A DNA stretch of 60,797 nt from a virus (Duplodnaviria; Caudoviricetes): positions 1 to 60,797 of the IMG/VR virus record IMGVR_UViG_3300037357_000143; one strand, written 5' to 3'. The notes under the pieces were generated by a model. It was not told the DNA's origin. It saw only the letters and a list, made by a program, of their open reading frames with translations, and ran no database searches. Positions 28,467-38,080 of the stretch are shown one piece after another (the first letter of the stretch is position 1; the number at the start of each line of letters is the position of its first letter). The position numbers and the translations under genes were made by a program.

Positions 28467-29283
28467 TATTATTTCTATATCGTAAAAAATCAATAATTTC
28501 TATAAATTTGTCGTGTTTCCTTCCAAGATATAATTTATTTTCTAAAGTATAGTCATCGTAAAAGTAGTTGTATAAATCTTGCCAGAAATTGAGTTTTCTA
28601 GATTGTTTAGTGATCCCGAAACTATTCTTTTTTTGTTTATATTTTCTAATTTTATTATTAGAAATTTTTAAAACTTCATCTCTAAAATTCTTACATATTT
28701 GTTCATTACCGGTTAAATTTATGTCTGGGGTAAGATATCCCTTATTATCCCAATTTCCTATTGAACCATCTCCTTCCCAGACACCACGCCAGAAATGGGA
28801 CATTAATTCCTCTGGTAAATTTAAAGGTTTTACTATATCTGATTTTTTACCACGGGGGATACCTAAGTTCACAAGATCATTAACTAAGATTTTTCCACCA
28901 AAATTTAAATTACAAACTTCAACATCATATTTATATTTTCTAACTTTTGTCTTTTCAAATTCTTGTGAAATCCGTTTTAAAACATTAATGTCTTGAATGC
29001 CTAACTCAAACTTAATGGTATTATCTCTCTTACTTATATGCCCGTCACTTACTATCCACCCTAAGATCCAGGCCTGTTCAGGTTTGGTAATTTCTGAAAA
29101 GTAATTTTCGTAAGGCTTATCTACTTTAAATGTCCAGTGAGGTTTTCTCCCAAATTCGTTTAAACATCTTCGAATAGATTCTCTACTACAATTTAATTTT
29201 TCTCCAATTTTTTTTAAAGATAAACCTTGATTATAATAAAGATCACAAATTAAATCAATATCTAAAATTAGTTTTTTTGACAT
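28462..29283 (-). CDS. free-standing LAGLIDADG homing endonuclease with N-terminal HTH
   Basis: AWILGWIVSDG and FWRGVWEGDG motifs. Confidence 0.85.
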   Translation of the reverse strand: MSKKLILDIDLICDLYYNQGLSLKKIGEKLNCSRESIRRCLNEFGRKPHWTFKVDKPYENYFSEITKPEQAWILGWIVSDGHISKRDNTIKFELGIQDINVLKRISQEFEKTKVRKYKYDVEVCNLNFGGKILVNDLVNLGIPRGKKSDIVKPLNLPEELMSHFWRGVWEGDGSIGNWDNKGYLTPDINLTGNEQICKNFRDEVLKISNNKIRKYKQKKNSFGITKQSRKLNFWQDLYNYFYDDYTLENKLYLGRKHDKFIEIIDFLRYRNNT

Positions 29284-29743
29284 AATCTTCCACAATATCA
29301 CAATCTCTCTCTATTTCTTCGATTCTTGTATGATTAATCATGGAACTCCTTTTTAAAAGTATTGAAACATATTTTGGTATTGTAATTCTCCTCTCAAATA
29401 GCCCATCTTGATTTTGTGGATGTTTATATATTTGATTTTTTACTTTGAAAGCAAAGGCGATACTTTCATATTTTCCTCCATATTTTGTTTCTATTAATTT
29501 TTGTAACGCCTTTCCAAATCTTTTCTTTTTTTCTTTAGGATCTACAAAAAATCTTATAGTTGCTTTTTTTTCTTCTCCGAGTTTAAATTCACAATATTCT
29601 ATAAGTTCCTTTATTAAATCTGGAGAAATTTGGTATTCCATTTCCTCACATAAAGATAAGATGTTTTCGCCACCTTCTAAAAGGTATATTTTTTGAAGAA
29701 AATCATAGTCTTCATCACTTATAATAAAATTTCCGTTTGACAT
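29255..29743 (-). CDS. hypothetical protein
   Basis: 162 aa; TATA box about 25 nt upstream on the minus strand. Confidence 0.65.
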   Translation of the reverse strand: MSNGNFIISDEDYDFLQKIYLLEGGENILSLCEEMEYQISPDLIKELIEYCEFKLGEEKKATIRFFVDPKEKKKRFGKALQKLIETKYGGKYESIAFAFKVKNQIYKHPQNQDGLFERRITIPKYVSILLKRSSMINHTRIEEIERDCDIVEDYVKKTNFRY

Positions 29744-29838
29744 AAAAATAAATTGGTTTTTATAATATATAAACTTTGGTAAGTTAGCAACCGATTCATT
29801 TATATAGTAAAAAATTCTATTGTAGATAGTGACTTAAA

Positions 29839-30144
29839 ATGATTGACAAAATAAAAGATAAAATGTTCAAAAAAGAAATCAAGAAACCTATAGATGTTAC
29901 TGACGAAGAAATTAGAGAGAAAATATTTGAGCGTGCAGAACAGATAAGGGAACTCCAGGATGAAATAAACCCAGTATTAGAAGAGTATGGTGATCTCCTG
30001 CCTGGTACCATTATAGGAGCCCTAATAGGGTTAGCTTTAAGTGCAGTCGAAATAGTATATGATGAAGATGAAGAAGAAGGTAAGATGTTAAGGAGGGTAG
30101 CTATAAACGTATTTGAAATGTGGAGAGAAGAAAATGGGATTTAA
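29839..30144 (+). CDS. hypothetical protein
   Basis: first gene after TTTATATA at about 29799. Confidence 0.7.
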   Translation: MIDKIKDKMFKKEIKKPIDVTDEEIREKIFERAEQIRELQDEINPVLEEYGDLLPGTIIGALIGLALSAVEIVYDEDEEEGKMLRRVAINVFEMWREENGI

Positions 30145-31426
30145 ACAATTTATAGATGATTATATCAAACTCTCTGGAGAAATTTCGATTGATAATGAGA
30201 TGATGAATGGCACTCTTTTCTTTGCTGTGATGGGAGCTCTTTTAAATAGGAAGGGAATTACTATACAATATAATTTGAGTGAGTTTTCTCCATTAATTCA
30301 TGTCCTTCATATTCAAGATTCAAGAACTGGGAAAGGAATCTCTTTAAAAGTAATGAGGAATTTTGCAGGTAGTTTCACAGAGATGGATGAGGAAGGGGAG
30401 ATAGTAGAACTTCTTGAGACTAAAATTATAGGAGAAGCAACTGATGCTGGTCTGGTTGGGACAGTAGATCCAAATATACACCAAAGGAATTCAAATAAAG
30501 GTCTTCTTCCTGGGGATGAGGATTTCTTAAATCCAATTACTTATGGGGCATTAGCAACAAAAGATCTTATATGCTTCCCTGAAGCAGAAGAAATGTTTAT
30601 GACAGGCCCTCACAAAGAAGGAAGGATGAAAACCTTCCAACTCGCTATTGATGGAATAGTCAGTAAAACATTAGGTGCATCTACAATTGAATATGATTGC
30701 AATGCTACTATAATAGGGACTAGCTATTTTTTAAAAGAATTTGAAAAAATGGTATGGGAACGTGGAATTTTTCAACGGTTATATATTACCAATCTAGATT
30801 TAACTCCTGAACAAGTTTTCGAAAGGAATAGAAAACTTACTAAAGGGAGTGGGAATCCTTCTAAAAAAGAGGAAGTTAATGCAGATTTAGATAAACTTGC
30901 CAAAAAGATTCTTAAGGTAGTCAATAATTTTAATTCAAATACTATTCTTTCTTTGAGTGAAACAGGAGAAGATGCGTTGTTAAATATACTCGATGAACGG
31001 GAAAGCTATGTTTTAAGAGATTTTATAGGAAAAGAACTTAGACTTGTTTTGAGTTATATTTCTGCTATTAATGTTTTATATGTAAAAATGGGAGCGATTG
31101 CAGCGGTTTTGAATGGGAGAGATATAATAACCCATGAAGAAATCGAACAGGTTGATCCTTATGTTCGTTTGTATTGGAAAAGTGTAGTAATGGATATTTT
31201 ATCTCGGATCCAAAATAGGTCTCTTGAAGATATAAGGAAAAGTATATATACTATGTTGGGAAATAAAGAAAACAAGGAAGGATTGTCAGAAAAAGAACTT
31301 AAAAATACAGTAAAAATTAAGTTAAAATGCTCTAGTCGTTCCGTAAATAAAGTGGTTGATGATATGAAGAAAAATAAAGAACTTTTAACAAAAAAAGATT
31401 TTGTGAAATTAAATTCTAAAAGGTGA
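30134..31426 (+). CDS. MCM-like AAA+ ATPase, putative replicative helicase
   Basis: QDSRTGKG (Walker A), TDAGLVGTV, GALATKDLICFPE (MCM GALxLADxGxxxIDE-like), IFQR Arg finger, C-terminal wHTH-like region. Confidence 0.6.
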   Translation: MGFKQFIDDYIKLSGEISIDNEMMNGTLFFAVMGALLNRKGITIQYNLSEFSPLIHVLHIQDSRTGKGISLKVMRNFAGSFTEMDEEGEIVELLETKIIGEATDAGLVGTVDPNIHQRNSNKGLLPGDEDFLNPITYGALATKDLICFPEAEEMFMTGPHKEGRMKTFQLAIDGIVSKTLGASTIEYDCNATIIGTSYFLKEFEKMVWERGIFQRLYITNLDLTPEQVFERNRKLTKGSGNPSKKEEVNADLDKLAKKILKVVNNFNSNTILSLSETGEDALLNILDERESYVLRDFIGKELRLVLSYISAINVLYVKMGAIAAVLNGRDIITHEEIEQVDPYVRLYWKSVVMDILSRIQNRSLEDIRKSIYTMLGNKENKEGLSEKELKNTVKIKLKCSSRSVNKVVDDMKKNKELLTKKDFVKLNSKR

Positions 31427-32589
31427 AAACTTTGAACGAAAAGAAAATAAGAGAAATTATAAATGGCCTTGCTAAAAGGGCTAACATGAAAGAAGAAGAT
31501 TTGAAAAAGCTATATAAAAAATTTGAGTATGAAGAAAAAAGCTATGGTTGTCCTGACGATGAGCTAGAAGAAGCTGTCCTTGTCGATATGGAGGCATTCT
31601 TACGTAAAAAGTTCCTCGTTGGTGGAAATACAGTCGCTGTGACTGGAACTATTTTCGGCCGAAGTAATGCAATAGACCGGGCAAAAAACCTTCATGAAAA
31701 AGCTGAAAAATATATTGAAGCTGAAGGAACTGGGAAAGCAATCGAAGATGGTTATGCAAAGTATGTACCTGATCTTCCCGAAAAAACTGAAGAAAATAAA
31801 GGGGAACTCAAAAAAATTCACGAATATATTAGCGAACATGGCGAAGACAAAGCAATGGAAGATGACATTCTCCCTAAAAAACTCGTACACCTCTATACCA
31901 GCGATCAATTTAATGACAAATATAACCGAACCGGAACCCCTATCCCAGAATTCGATTGGCAGGCTGATGGTTTCGGTGTTGTAAATTATCAGCAAAAAGA
32001 AGGTGTTGACGATATTAGATTCGCAGATATTAAATTTAAAGGTGTAGCTGCGACCGGTCCCCTCCCTCTATTTAAAGAAGTTTCAATGAAAGCTTTTGTA
32101 ACCGATAAGAAAAATGAGAAAAAATATCGATTCACGGTTTCTCGTGCTCCCGAACTAATTGACGATGAGTATGATAACTTTAGAGAAATGATGCCTTTAA
32201 TCAAAAAAGCATACCCTAACCGAGTATTATCTTTTGCAGAGGTAGAAGACTTCTTTGAAGATGCTGAAAGTAAGTTTAACCTTTGGTGTCTTGTCCAAGG
32301 TGTTATCACTGGTGTTAGTGGAACTAAAAAGGGTGGTTCTATTGTAGATGTTCACGATATGGAGATGGATGTCAGTGATGGTAGTTCAGAAAGAATTATT
32401 TTTGCCAGAGAATCTGAACTTGATTTAACAGAAGGGGCACAGGGTTATTTCTTTGTTAATCCTTCTCGAGATAACGAGGGAAGAATGTCATTTTTCGGTT
32501 TAGGATATTGGGTACCAAGTTACAAACGTGTACACAAAGAATTAATTAGTGATGAAGAAACTCCAGATGTAGAAAAAGGATGGGGTTAA
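31423..32589 (+). CDS. putative ssDNA-binding (OB-fold/RPA-like) protein
   Basis: beta-rich segments, acidic tail ending in WG, position between helicase and RecA-like ATPase; inference. Confidence 0.35.
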   Translation: MKTLNEKKIREIINGLAKRANMKEEDLKKLYKKFEYEEKSYGCPDDELEEAVLVDMEAFLRKKFLVGGNTVAVTGTIFGRSNAIDRAKNLHEKAEKYIEAEGTGKAIEDGYAKYVPDLPEKTEENKGELKKIHEYISEHGEDKAMEDDILPKKLVHLYTSDQFNDKYNRTGTPIPEFDWQADGFGVVNYQQKEGVDDIRFADIKFKGVAATGPLPLFKEVSMKAFVTDKKNEKKYRFTVSRAPELIDDEYDNFREMMPLIKKAYPNRVLSFAEVEDFFEDAESKFNLWCLVQGVITGVSGTKKGGSIVDVHDMEMDVSDGSSERIIFARESELDLTEGAQGYFFVNPSRDNEGRMSFFGLGYWVPSYKRVHKELISDEETPDVEKGWG

Positions 32590-32613
32590 TCCCCTCCTTT
32601 ATAACGTGGTAGA

Positions 32614-32784
32614 ATGAAATATAAAATCACTTTTGAATTAATTACAGCTTCCAAATCTATAGAAGTAGAAGCAGAAAATTTTACTGAAGCAGAAGATAAA
32701 GCATTAGCCCAACTCTCAACCGATTCAACTCCTGATGAAGAGATGTCTGAGTGGATGGTAACAGACGTAGAAGAGGTAGAATAA
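32614..32784 (+). CDS. small acidic protein (not in ORF track)
   Basis: 56 aa; TAATG coupling to the next gene. Confidence 0.55.
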   Translation: MKYKITFELITASKSIEVEAENFTEAEDKALAQLSTDSTPDEEMSEWMVTDVEEVE

Positions 32785-33668
32785 TGGCACTTTTTAAATC
32801 CAAAACCGAAAACGATAAAATAGAAGATAAAAAAGCTGCACTTAAGCGTATGACTGAAAGATATACTAAACATGAACCATTGCCTGAACGTGCGTTTCTT
32901 TGTTCTTTATTCACTGGAGATAACGGCACAGGAAAAAGTGGTATAGCAACTTCATACTTAAATTTATTAGAACCTGACGAAAAAATATTTTATATTGATC
33001 TCGAAGTTGGGAATTATGAAAATATAATTGAATATTGGCGTGAGGCATACGAAAGAGATCAAATTATATATGAGACGTTAAAAGATCTTATCTGGGAAGA
33101 AGATTTATCAAAAGACACTCGAAAAGTTTATATCAACTATGATAAAGCAATGGAAGAACTAAGACGTATTGCTATGTGGCTAGACGAATATGCTGATAAA
33201 CTCAAAATTAGAATGGTGGCTCTTGATGGACTTAGTAAATTCAAAGATTATATAGAATACCAGATGAAACTTGAGAAAAATATAGATCTTGCTGGAGATC
33301 CTAGTAGGAAATTTTGGAGAGAAAGAAATAAAGAATTTATGGAGACCCTCGAATTATATAAAGCTCTTCCAATAGATGTAATATTGATTGGAAGTTCCAT
33401 TTTTAATAAACCTCCAGCGGAACAAAATGCTATAGACCGAGATATAAACAATATGGTATCTCAGAAGGTAGTATTTGAAAAAGATACCTCGGATGGAATT
33501 ACACAATTCACAGCACAAGTTAAAAAAAGTCGTCAGAATTCTAAGAAAAATGAAAGTAAAATCCCTTTTGGTAAAATAAATCCTAAAAAAGAGGAAGCAT
33601 TTTTAGATGGAGAAAAAGTATTTAATGCTATAATTTCAAAAAAAGATAAAGACAAATCAGGGTTTTAA
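32784..33668 (+). CDS. RecA-like P-loop ATPase (Sak4/AAA_24-like)
   Basis: GDNGTGKS, YIDLE, VALDGLS. Confidence 0.75.
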   Translation: MALFKSKTENDKIEDKKAALKRMTERYTKHEPLPERAFLCSLFTGDNGTGKSGIATSYLNLLEPDEKIFYIDLEVGNYENIIEYWREAYERDQIIYETLKDLIWEEDLSKDTRKVYINYDKAMEELRRIAMWLDEYADKLKIRMVALDGLSKFKDYIEYQMKLEKNIDLAGDPSRKFWRERNKEFMETLELYKALPIDVILIGSSIFNKPPAEQNAIDRDINNMVSQKVVFEKDTSDGITQFTAQVKKSRQNSKKNESKIPFGKINPKKEEAFLDGEKVFNAIISKKDKDKSGF

Positions 33669-33670
33669 AA

Positions 33671-34081
33671 ATGGATCTATATCTTGAGATGTGTGAGGCG
33701 GCTAGAGAACTTTTGTGGGAATTTGCTGATGAATTTTTGAACGGGGATCGTTTATATAGGAAATATTCAAGGCTTGATAATCTTGAAGGAATTTTTTATT
33801 GCGATCCCCTTTTTAGTTATGCTACAAAAGAGGATTTAGTACCCTACCCTACTCAAAATCAAATTCAGCGGTGGCTTAAAAAGTATTTACCAGAAGAGCA
33901 AGCGATGTTTTATGGATTTCAAAGTTTTTTCTTAAAACGTTGGATGATTAAAAATATTTATTCTTTTGATGAATTATGGCTCATGTTTTTTTTATATTAT
34001 GTCCACAATCTTTACTGGGATCAAGTAGATTACGAATGGAAGGAAATTCCAGAAGAGAGAAGTTATCGGATAAGTAGTTAG
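33671..34081 (+). CDS. hypothetical protein
   Basis: operon ORF; PTQNQIQ...ELWLMFF motif. Confidence 0.7.
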   Translation: MDLYLEMCEAARELLWEFADEFLNGDRLYRKYSRLDNLEGIFYCDPLFSYATKEDLVPYPTQNQIQRWLKKYLPEEQAMFYGFQSFFLKRWMIKNIYSFDELWLMFFLYYVHNLYWDQVDYEWKEIPEERSYRISS

Positions 34082-34092
34082 GAGGAAAAATT

Positions 34093-34539
34093 ATGAATAA
34101 AACGATGGATGAATTCATCCAAGAATATTTCAGGGGAAGAAAAAGTGTTCCTGTTAAAAAAATAAATTTGGATACAGGGGAAGAAGAGTATATCGATACA
34201 GAGACAGGAACTGGTAAGCTTTCAAATAATGAAACAATAGTGTTTCCATTAGGCCATGCAGATTCAAACGGTCAACAATTATACCAAGGAGATATTGTTG
34301 TTGTTGAGATAAGCGCAAAACATGGTAATTTCTGTCGGTGTGGGGTCATTAGAACTGAAGGATTTTTTGTATGTGGTATAGACTATTTTGATGATTATAA
34401 CAATATTGAAGAAGAAGGAGATTATATCGATGACCCATATATTGACAAAATAACACGGGTTGGAGATGTTTTTAAAATAAATTTACAAACTCAATTCAAT
34501 TGGAGAGACTTAATAGAAATTGAAGATGAAGAAGGATGA
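34093..34539 (+). CDS. YopX-like protein
   Basis: GHADSNGQQLYQGDIV...RVGDVF resembles the YopX core. Confidence 0.55.
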   Translation: MNKTMDEFIQEYFRGRKSVPVKKINLDTGEEEYIDTETGTGKLSNNETIVFPLGHADSNGQQLYQGDIVVVEISAKHGNFCRCGVIRTEGFFVCGIDYFDDYNNIEEEGDYIDDPYIDKITRVGDVFKINLQTQFNWRDLIEIEDEEG

Positions 34540-34543
34540 TTAG

Positions 34544-35332
34544 ATGTTAGCAATTCAAGGAAGAACTCTTGAACTAGTTTGGCCGCAAATTATCAAAGCC
34601 ATTATGAAGAAAGGAGAAGAGGTTATTGACCAACGTGGTTCAAAAACAAAAGAATTGACTAATGTGGTATGGACGATAAATGATCCTGAAGCTTCAGGAA
34701 TTCCAGAGGGGAACCCTTTAGGCCCTAATGCTCTTGAACAATATAAAAATCAATTTCTTGACCCAGAATTACATGATTTTATTTACACATACGGAAATAG
34801 ATTAAATAAATATGAGATATTTTACCCAATTTTAAGTAAAGAAAAAGAAGAACTTTTTAAAAAGATAAAAGAAATGAAGTTTCCAAAAATTGAAAAAGAC
34901 AGTAATCTTACTTCAGAAGAAAAAATAGAAAAAATTCGTGATAAAAAATTAGAAGAATTTCATAAAGTAATGTTAAATGGAAGATATTATTTTTTGAACC
35001 AAGTTAAACAAACGATTGATTATTTAAAAGAAAACCCCAATACTAGACGGGCAATTATGATAACGTGGAAATTTCCTGTAGATTTTCTTGTTGAGGAAGT
35101 ACCTTGCTTAATTATGGTTGATTTTTTAATAAGAGAAGGGAAACTTTTAACGACGGCGGTTTGGAGAAGTCATGACGCTTTCGGAGCCATGACAGCGAAT
35201 TTTATGGCACTTAGAGAATTATCAAGACATGTTGCTGAAGAAGTAGGGATTTCTGTTGGTCCTATAACTATTCAAAGTATTAGTGCTCACATTTATGAAT
35301 ACAATTTTGAAGAAGCTAAGGGTGTTTATTAA
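34544..35332 (+). CDS. thyA: thymidylate synthase, archaeal type
   Basis: YTYGNRL, TRRA, VPCL (catalytic Cys), RSHD, AN, SAHIY. Confidence 0.85.
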   Translation: MLAIQGRTLELVWPQIIKAIMKKGEEVIDQRGSKTKELTNVVWTINDPEASGIPEGNPLGPNALEQYKNQFLDPELHDFIYTYGNRLNKYEIFYPILSKEKEELFKKIKEMKFPKIEKDSNLTSEEKIEKIRDKKLEEFHKVMLNGRYYFLNQVKQTIDYLKENPNTRRAIMITWKFPVDFLVEEVPCLIMVDFLIREGKLLTTAVWRSHDAFGAMTANFMALRELSRHVAEEVGISVGPITIQSISAHIYEYNFEEAKGVY

Positions 35333-35751
35333 TGAAGACTGATATGTATTATAGAATCCATCATCCCAATGTATGGAAAAAGGAACGATTTAAACAAGCA
35401 TTAAAAACTGCACGTAAAATTAGGGAAAGGAGAAAAACTCTCGAAGATCTTCTTTCTGGGGATTGTGTCAGTAAAGCATTGGAAGCTATAGGAATTGCCA
35501 TGAGTAATCTTGGGGCAATAACAAACCAAGTTGTAGAACAAATGGCCGAAGCTGCGCGACAAATTAATGTTTCTTTTGGAATAAATCCAACCAATAAGGA
35601 GATAGAAAATCAAATAATTTATGGTACACCCTACCCTAAACAAATTCATCATTATAATCTCAAGCCTAAAACGATTGAATATTATACATCTTATTTGAAC
35701 CCTTATTTTAAAGCGGGGTGCCCAGGAGGATTAATATGGAAAAGCCAATAA
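35332..35751 (+). CDS. hypothetical protein
   Basis: TAATG coupling. Confidence 0.6.
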   Translation: MKTDMYYRIHHPNVWKKERFKQALKTARKIRERRKTLEDLLSGDCVSKALEAIGIAMSNLGAITNQVVEQMAEAARQINVSFGINPTNKEIENQIIYGTPYPKQIHHYNLKPKTIEYYTSYLNPYFKAGCPGGLIWKSQ

Positions 35752-36602
35752 TTATATGTATTGTTGGAGAGAGTGGAAGCGGTAAAACTTTAATGACCGA
35801 ATGGGTTGAATATAAATATGATATTCCAATGATTCAAAGTTATACAGATCGTTTAAAACGAGATGAAAAGGATATTGGGCATACATTCTTAACGAAAGAA
35901 GAATATGATAAATTAAAAGAAGAAGATATGATTGCTCATACCCAATGGGGAAAACATAGATATTCTTGTTTAAAACAAGATGTTAATAAGCCTATAATGA
36001 CTTATGTTCTTGATGAGCATGGTTTGTTGTATTTAAAAGAACATTTCAAATTTGATTATAAAATTGTCGCAGTTCGTGTTTATCGGGATGAAAAAGAAAG
36101 ACTCAAAACGGTAGGTGAAGAACGTGTAGGCCGTGATGAAGGTAAATTTAATTTATGGGACGATTCTTATAATTATATTCTTTATAATGATTCGACAGGA
36201 GATTTTTTCATAGAGATAGACAAAGTTATAAATAAGATATTAGGAAGATACCAGGTTTGTATATATGTAGCAGGAAAACTTAATAGTAAATCAGCTCCCT
36301 ATCTTAGGAATGTTCATAAAATGGTTAAATATGCTGAAAAAATTCGGAAATTAGGATTTTGTGTTGTAGTTCCGGGCAATGATCTAATACATGGAATAAT
36401 TTGCGGGGAACATGAATATTCTGATTATTTTAACAACAATATTGAAATTATGAAAAGATGTGATGCTTTAGCTCTTGTTGATAATTGGAAAGAAAGTGAA
36501 GGGACCAAACGAGAAATTAAAGAAGCAAAAGAACAAGGGCTTCCTGTTTTGAAGACTTTTGGAGATGTATTAAGATATAAAATATTGATGAAAATACATT
36601 AG
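35736..36602 (+). CDS. guanylate-kinase-like NMP kinase fused to a DUF4406/nucleoside deoxyribosyltransferase-like domain
   Basis: GESGSGKT, SYTDR, HTFLT; C-terminal IYVAG...CDAL...WKESEGTKREI. Confidence 0.75.
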   Translation: MEKPIIICIVGESGSGKTLMTEWVEYKYDIPMIQSYTDRLKRDEKDIGHTFLTKEEYDKLKEEDMIAHTQWGKHRYSCLKQDVNKPIMTYVLDEHGLLYLKEHFKFDYKIVAVRVYRDEKERLKTVGEERVGRDEGKFNLWDDSYNYILYNDSTGDFFIEIDKVINKILGRYQVCIYVAGKLNSKSAPYLRNVHKMVKYAEKIRKLGFCVVVPGNDLIHGIICGEHEYSDYFNNNIEIMKRCDALALVDNWKESEGTKREIKEAKEQGLPVLKTFGDVLRYKILMKIH

Positions 36603-36620
36603 AAGGAGGAAAATTTTTAA

Positions 36621-37310
36621 ATGTTATATGGCTATATTTATGTAATTCAAAATCAAATTAATGATAAATATTATGTTGGACAAACTACTCAAAGGAACCC
36701 TTTGTCCCGTTTTAAACAGCATTCTTATGTTGATGAAAATAGGTTTTCAGCTATTAATAACGCGATTAAAAAATATGGTTTTCATAATTTTACGTTCACT
36801 ATAGTTGATTCAGCAAAAAATCAAGAAAATCTTAATCTTCTTGAAGAATCATATATTTGTTTGTTTGGTAGCAAAACATCAGTTAATGGTTATAATATTC
36901 GAGATGGTGGGAGCAGAGGACGACAATCTGCTGTAACTCGAATAAAAATGTCATGGGAAAATCATCCTAACTTTCTGGGGTTGGATAGTAAAAAAATAGT
37001 TCAATTATATACTAAGGATCGATTAAGTGCTCCAAAAATTGCTAAAATACTAGGATGTCACAAAAAAACAATATATAGATATTTAGAAAAAGAAGGAATT
37101 AAACGGAGAACCAATTCAGAATCTCAGCAAACTGGTGGGTTTTTGGGTTTTATTGGTATATATTATAGAGTAAAACACATTAAACCGTGGAAAAGGGTAT
37201 GGAATTCAGTGATCCATTTAAATAATTATTGTACAAGTTTGGGTGTTTTTGAAGATCCGTTTAGTGCAGAATTAGTATATAAATTAGTTTGGACAGAAAT
37301 TTATAGTTAA
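36621..37310 (+). CDS. GIY-YIG homing endonuclease
   Basis: GYIY...YVGQT...R...E...GYN; C-terminal HTH and AP2-like segment. Confidence 0.85.
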   Translation: MLYGYIYVIQNQINDKYYVGQTTQRNPLSRFKQHSYVDENRFSAINNAIKKYGFHNFTFTIVDSAKNQENLNLLEESYICLFGSKTSVNGYNIRDGGSRGRQSAVTRIKMSWENHPNFLGLDSKKIVQLYTKDRLSAPKIAKILGCHKKTIYRYLEKEGIKRRTNSESQQTGGFLGFIGIYYRVKHIKPWKRVWNSVIHLNNYCTSLGVFEDPFSAELVYKLVWTEIYS

Positions 37311-37333
37311 AAAAATAATGAAGGTGATGTGAT

Positions 37334-37555
37334 ATGTATAATGAAAATGAAAAGAATTATGAAGGGGTTCACCGGGAGATCATGGACAAGGGTTTTCGCT
37401 TAAAGTTTCAGCGCGAACATCCAACTTACAGGCCTACTTGTTGCGGTAAAGAGGATTTTATTGTGTTATTAGACCAAAGAAAGTATGTTTGTAAGCATTG
37501 TTCCCAGATGTACGATATAGATGTGTGGATTGAGAACTTCGGGCCACAAAATTAA
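37334..37555 (+). CDS. zinc-ribbon protein
   Basis: CCG...CKHC; GGTGA RBS. Confidence 0.65.
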   Translation: MYNENEKNYEGVHREIMDKGFRLKFQREHPTYRPTCCGKEDFIVLLDQRKYVCKHCSQMYDIDVWIENFGPQN

Positions 37556-37567
37556 AGGAGATATTTT

Positions 37568-37846
37568 ATGATTGATGTAATGAATAATATTTTATTTGGT
37601 TTTTCGTGGCTTTTTGGCTATCTTCTCGCCTTTATGGTCTTTATCTTTTTCATAATGCTAGCCTATGTAGTTTTTATAACCATAACTATGTTGATAGGTG
37701 AAAAAGGGTTAGAGAAAGAACGTTCCAGTCGTATGGATATTCTTGAAAAATATGGTGAAGGCGGTTCTCCAGAAGAATTAACACGAGAAGAGCCAGTTGC
37801 AAAAACCTCGGAAATTTTAAAAAGGGCCTGGAAAAAAGAGGAATAA
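37568..37846 (+). CDS. membrane protein
   Basis: long hydrophobic N-terminus. Confidence 0.65.
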   Translation: MIDVMNNILFGFSWLFGYLLAFMVFIFFIMLAYVVFITITMLIGEKGLEKERSSRMDILEKYGEGGSPEELTREEPVAKTSEILKRAWKKEE

Positions 37847-37849
37847 AAA

Positions 37850-38080
37850 ATGGATTGTAGGGTTTGTGAGAATTATAAAAATTGGGAATTTGATTGCACA
37901 GTTTATTGTTCGGATCCTCCAAAAATATGTAATGATTGTAAATATTTCTTTAGTGATTGTATGGGAGAGGAAGGAGGATTCGAAGTTTGTGAACATCCTG
38001 CTTATTATAGAAAAGTATATATAAGAAATGGAATTTCTAATACGTGTCCTTTAACAAAAGAATATTGGTATGAAGAATGA
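37850..38080 (+). CDS. Cys-rich small protein
   Basis: multiple CxxC. Confidence 0.6.
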   Translation: MDCRVCENYKNWEFDCTVYCSDPPKICNDCKYFFSDCMGEEGGFEVCEHPAYYRKVYIRNGISNTCPLTKEYWYEE

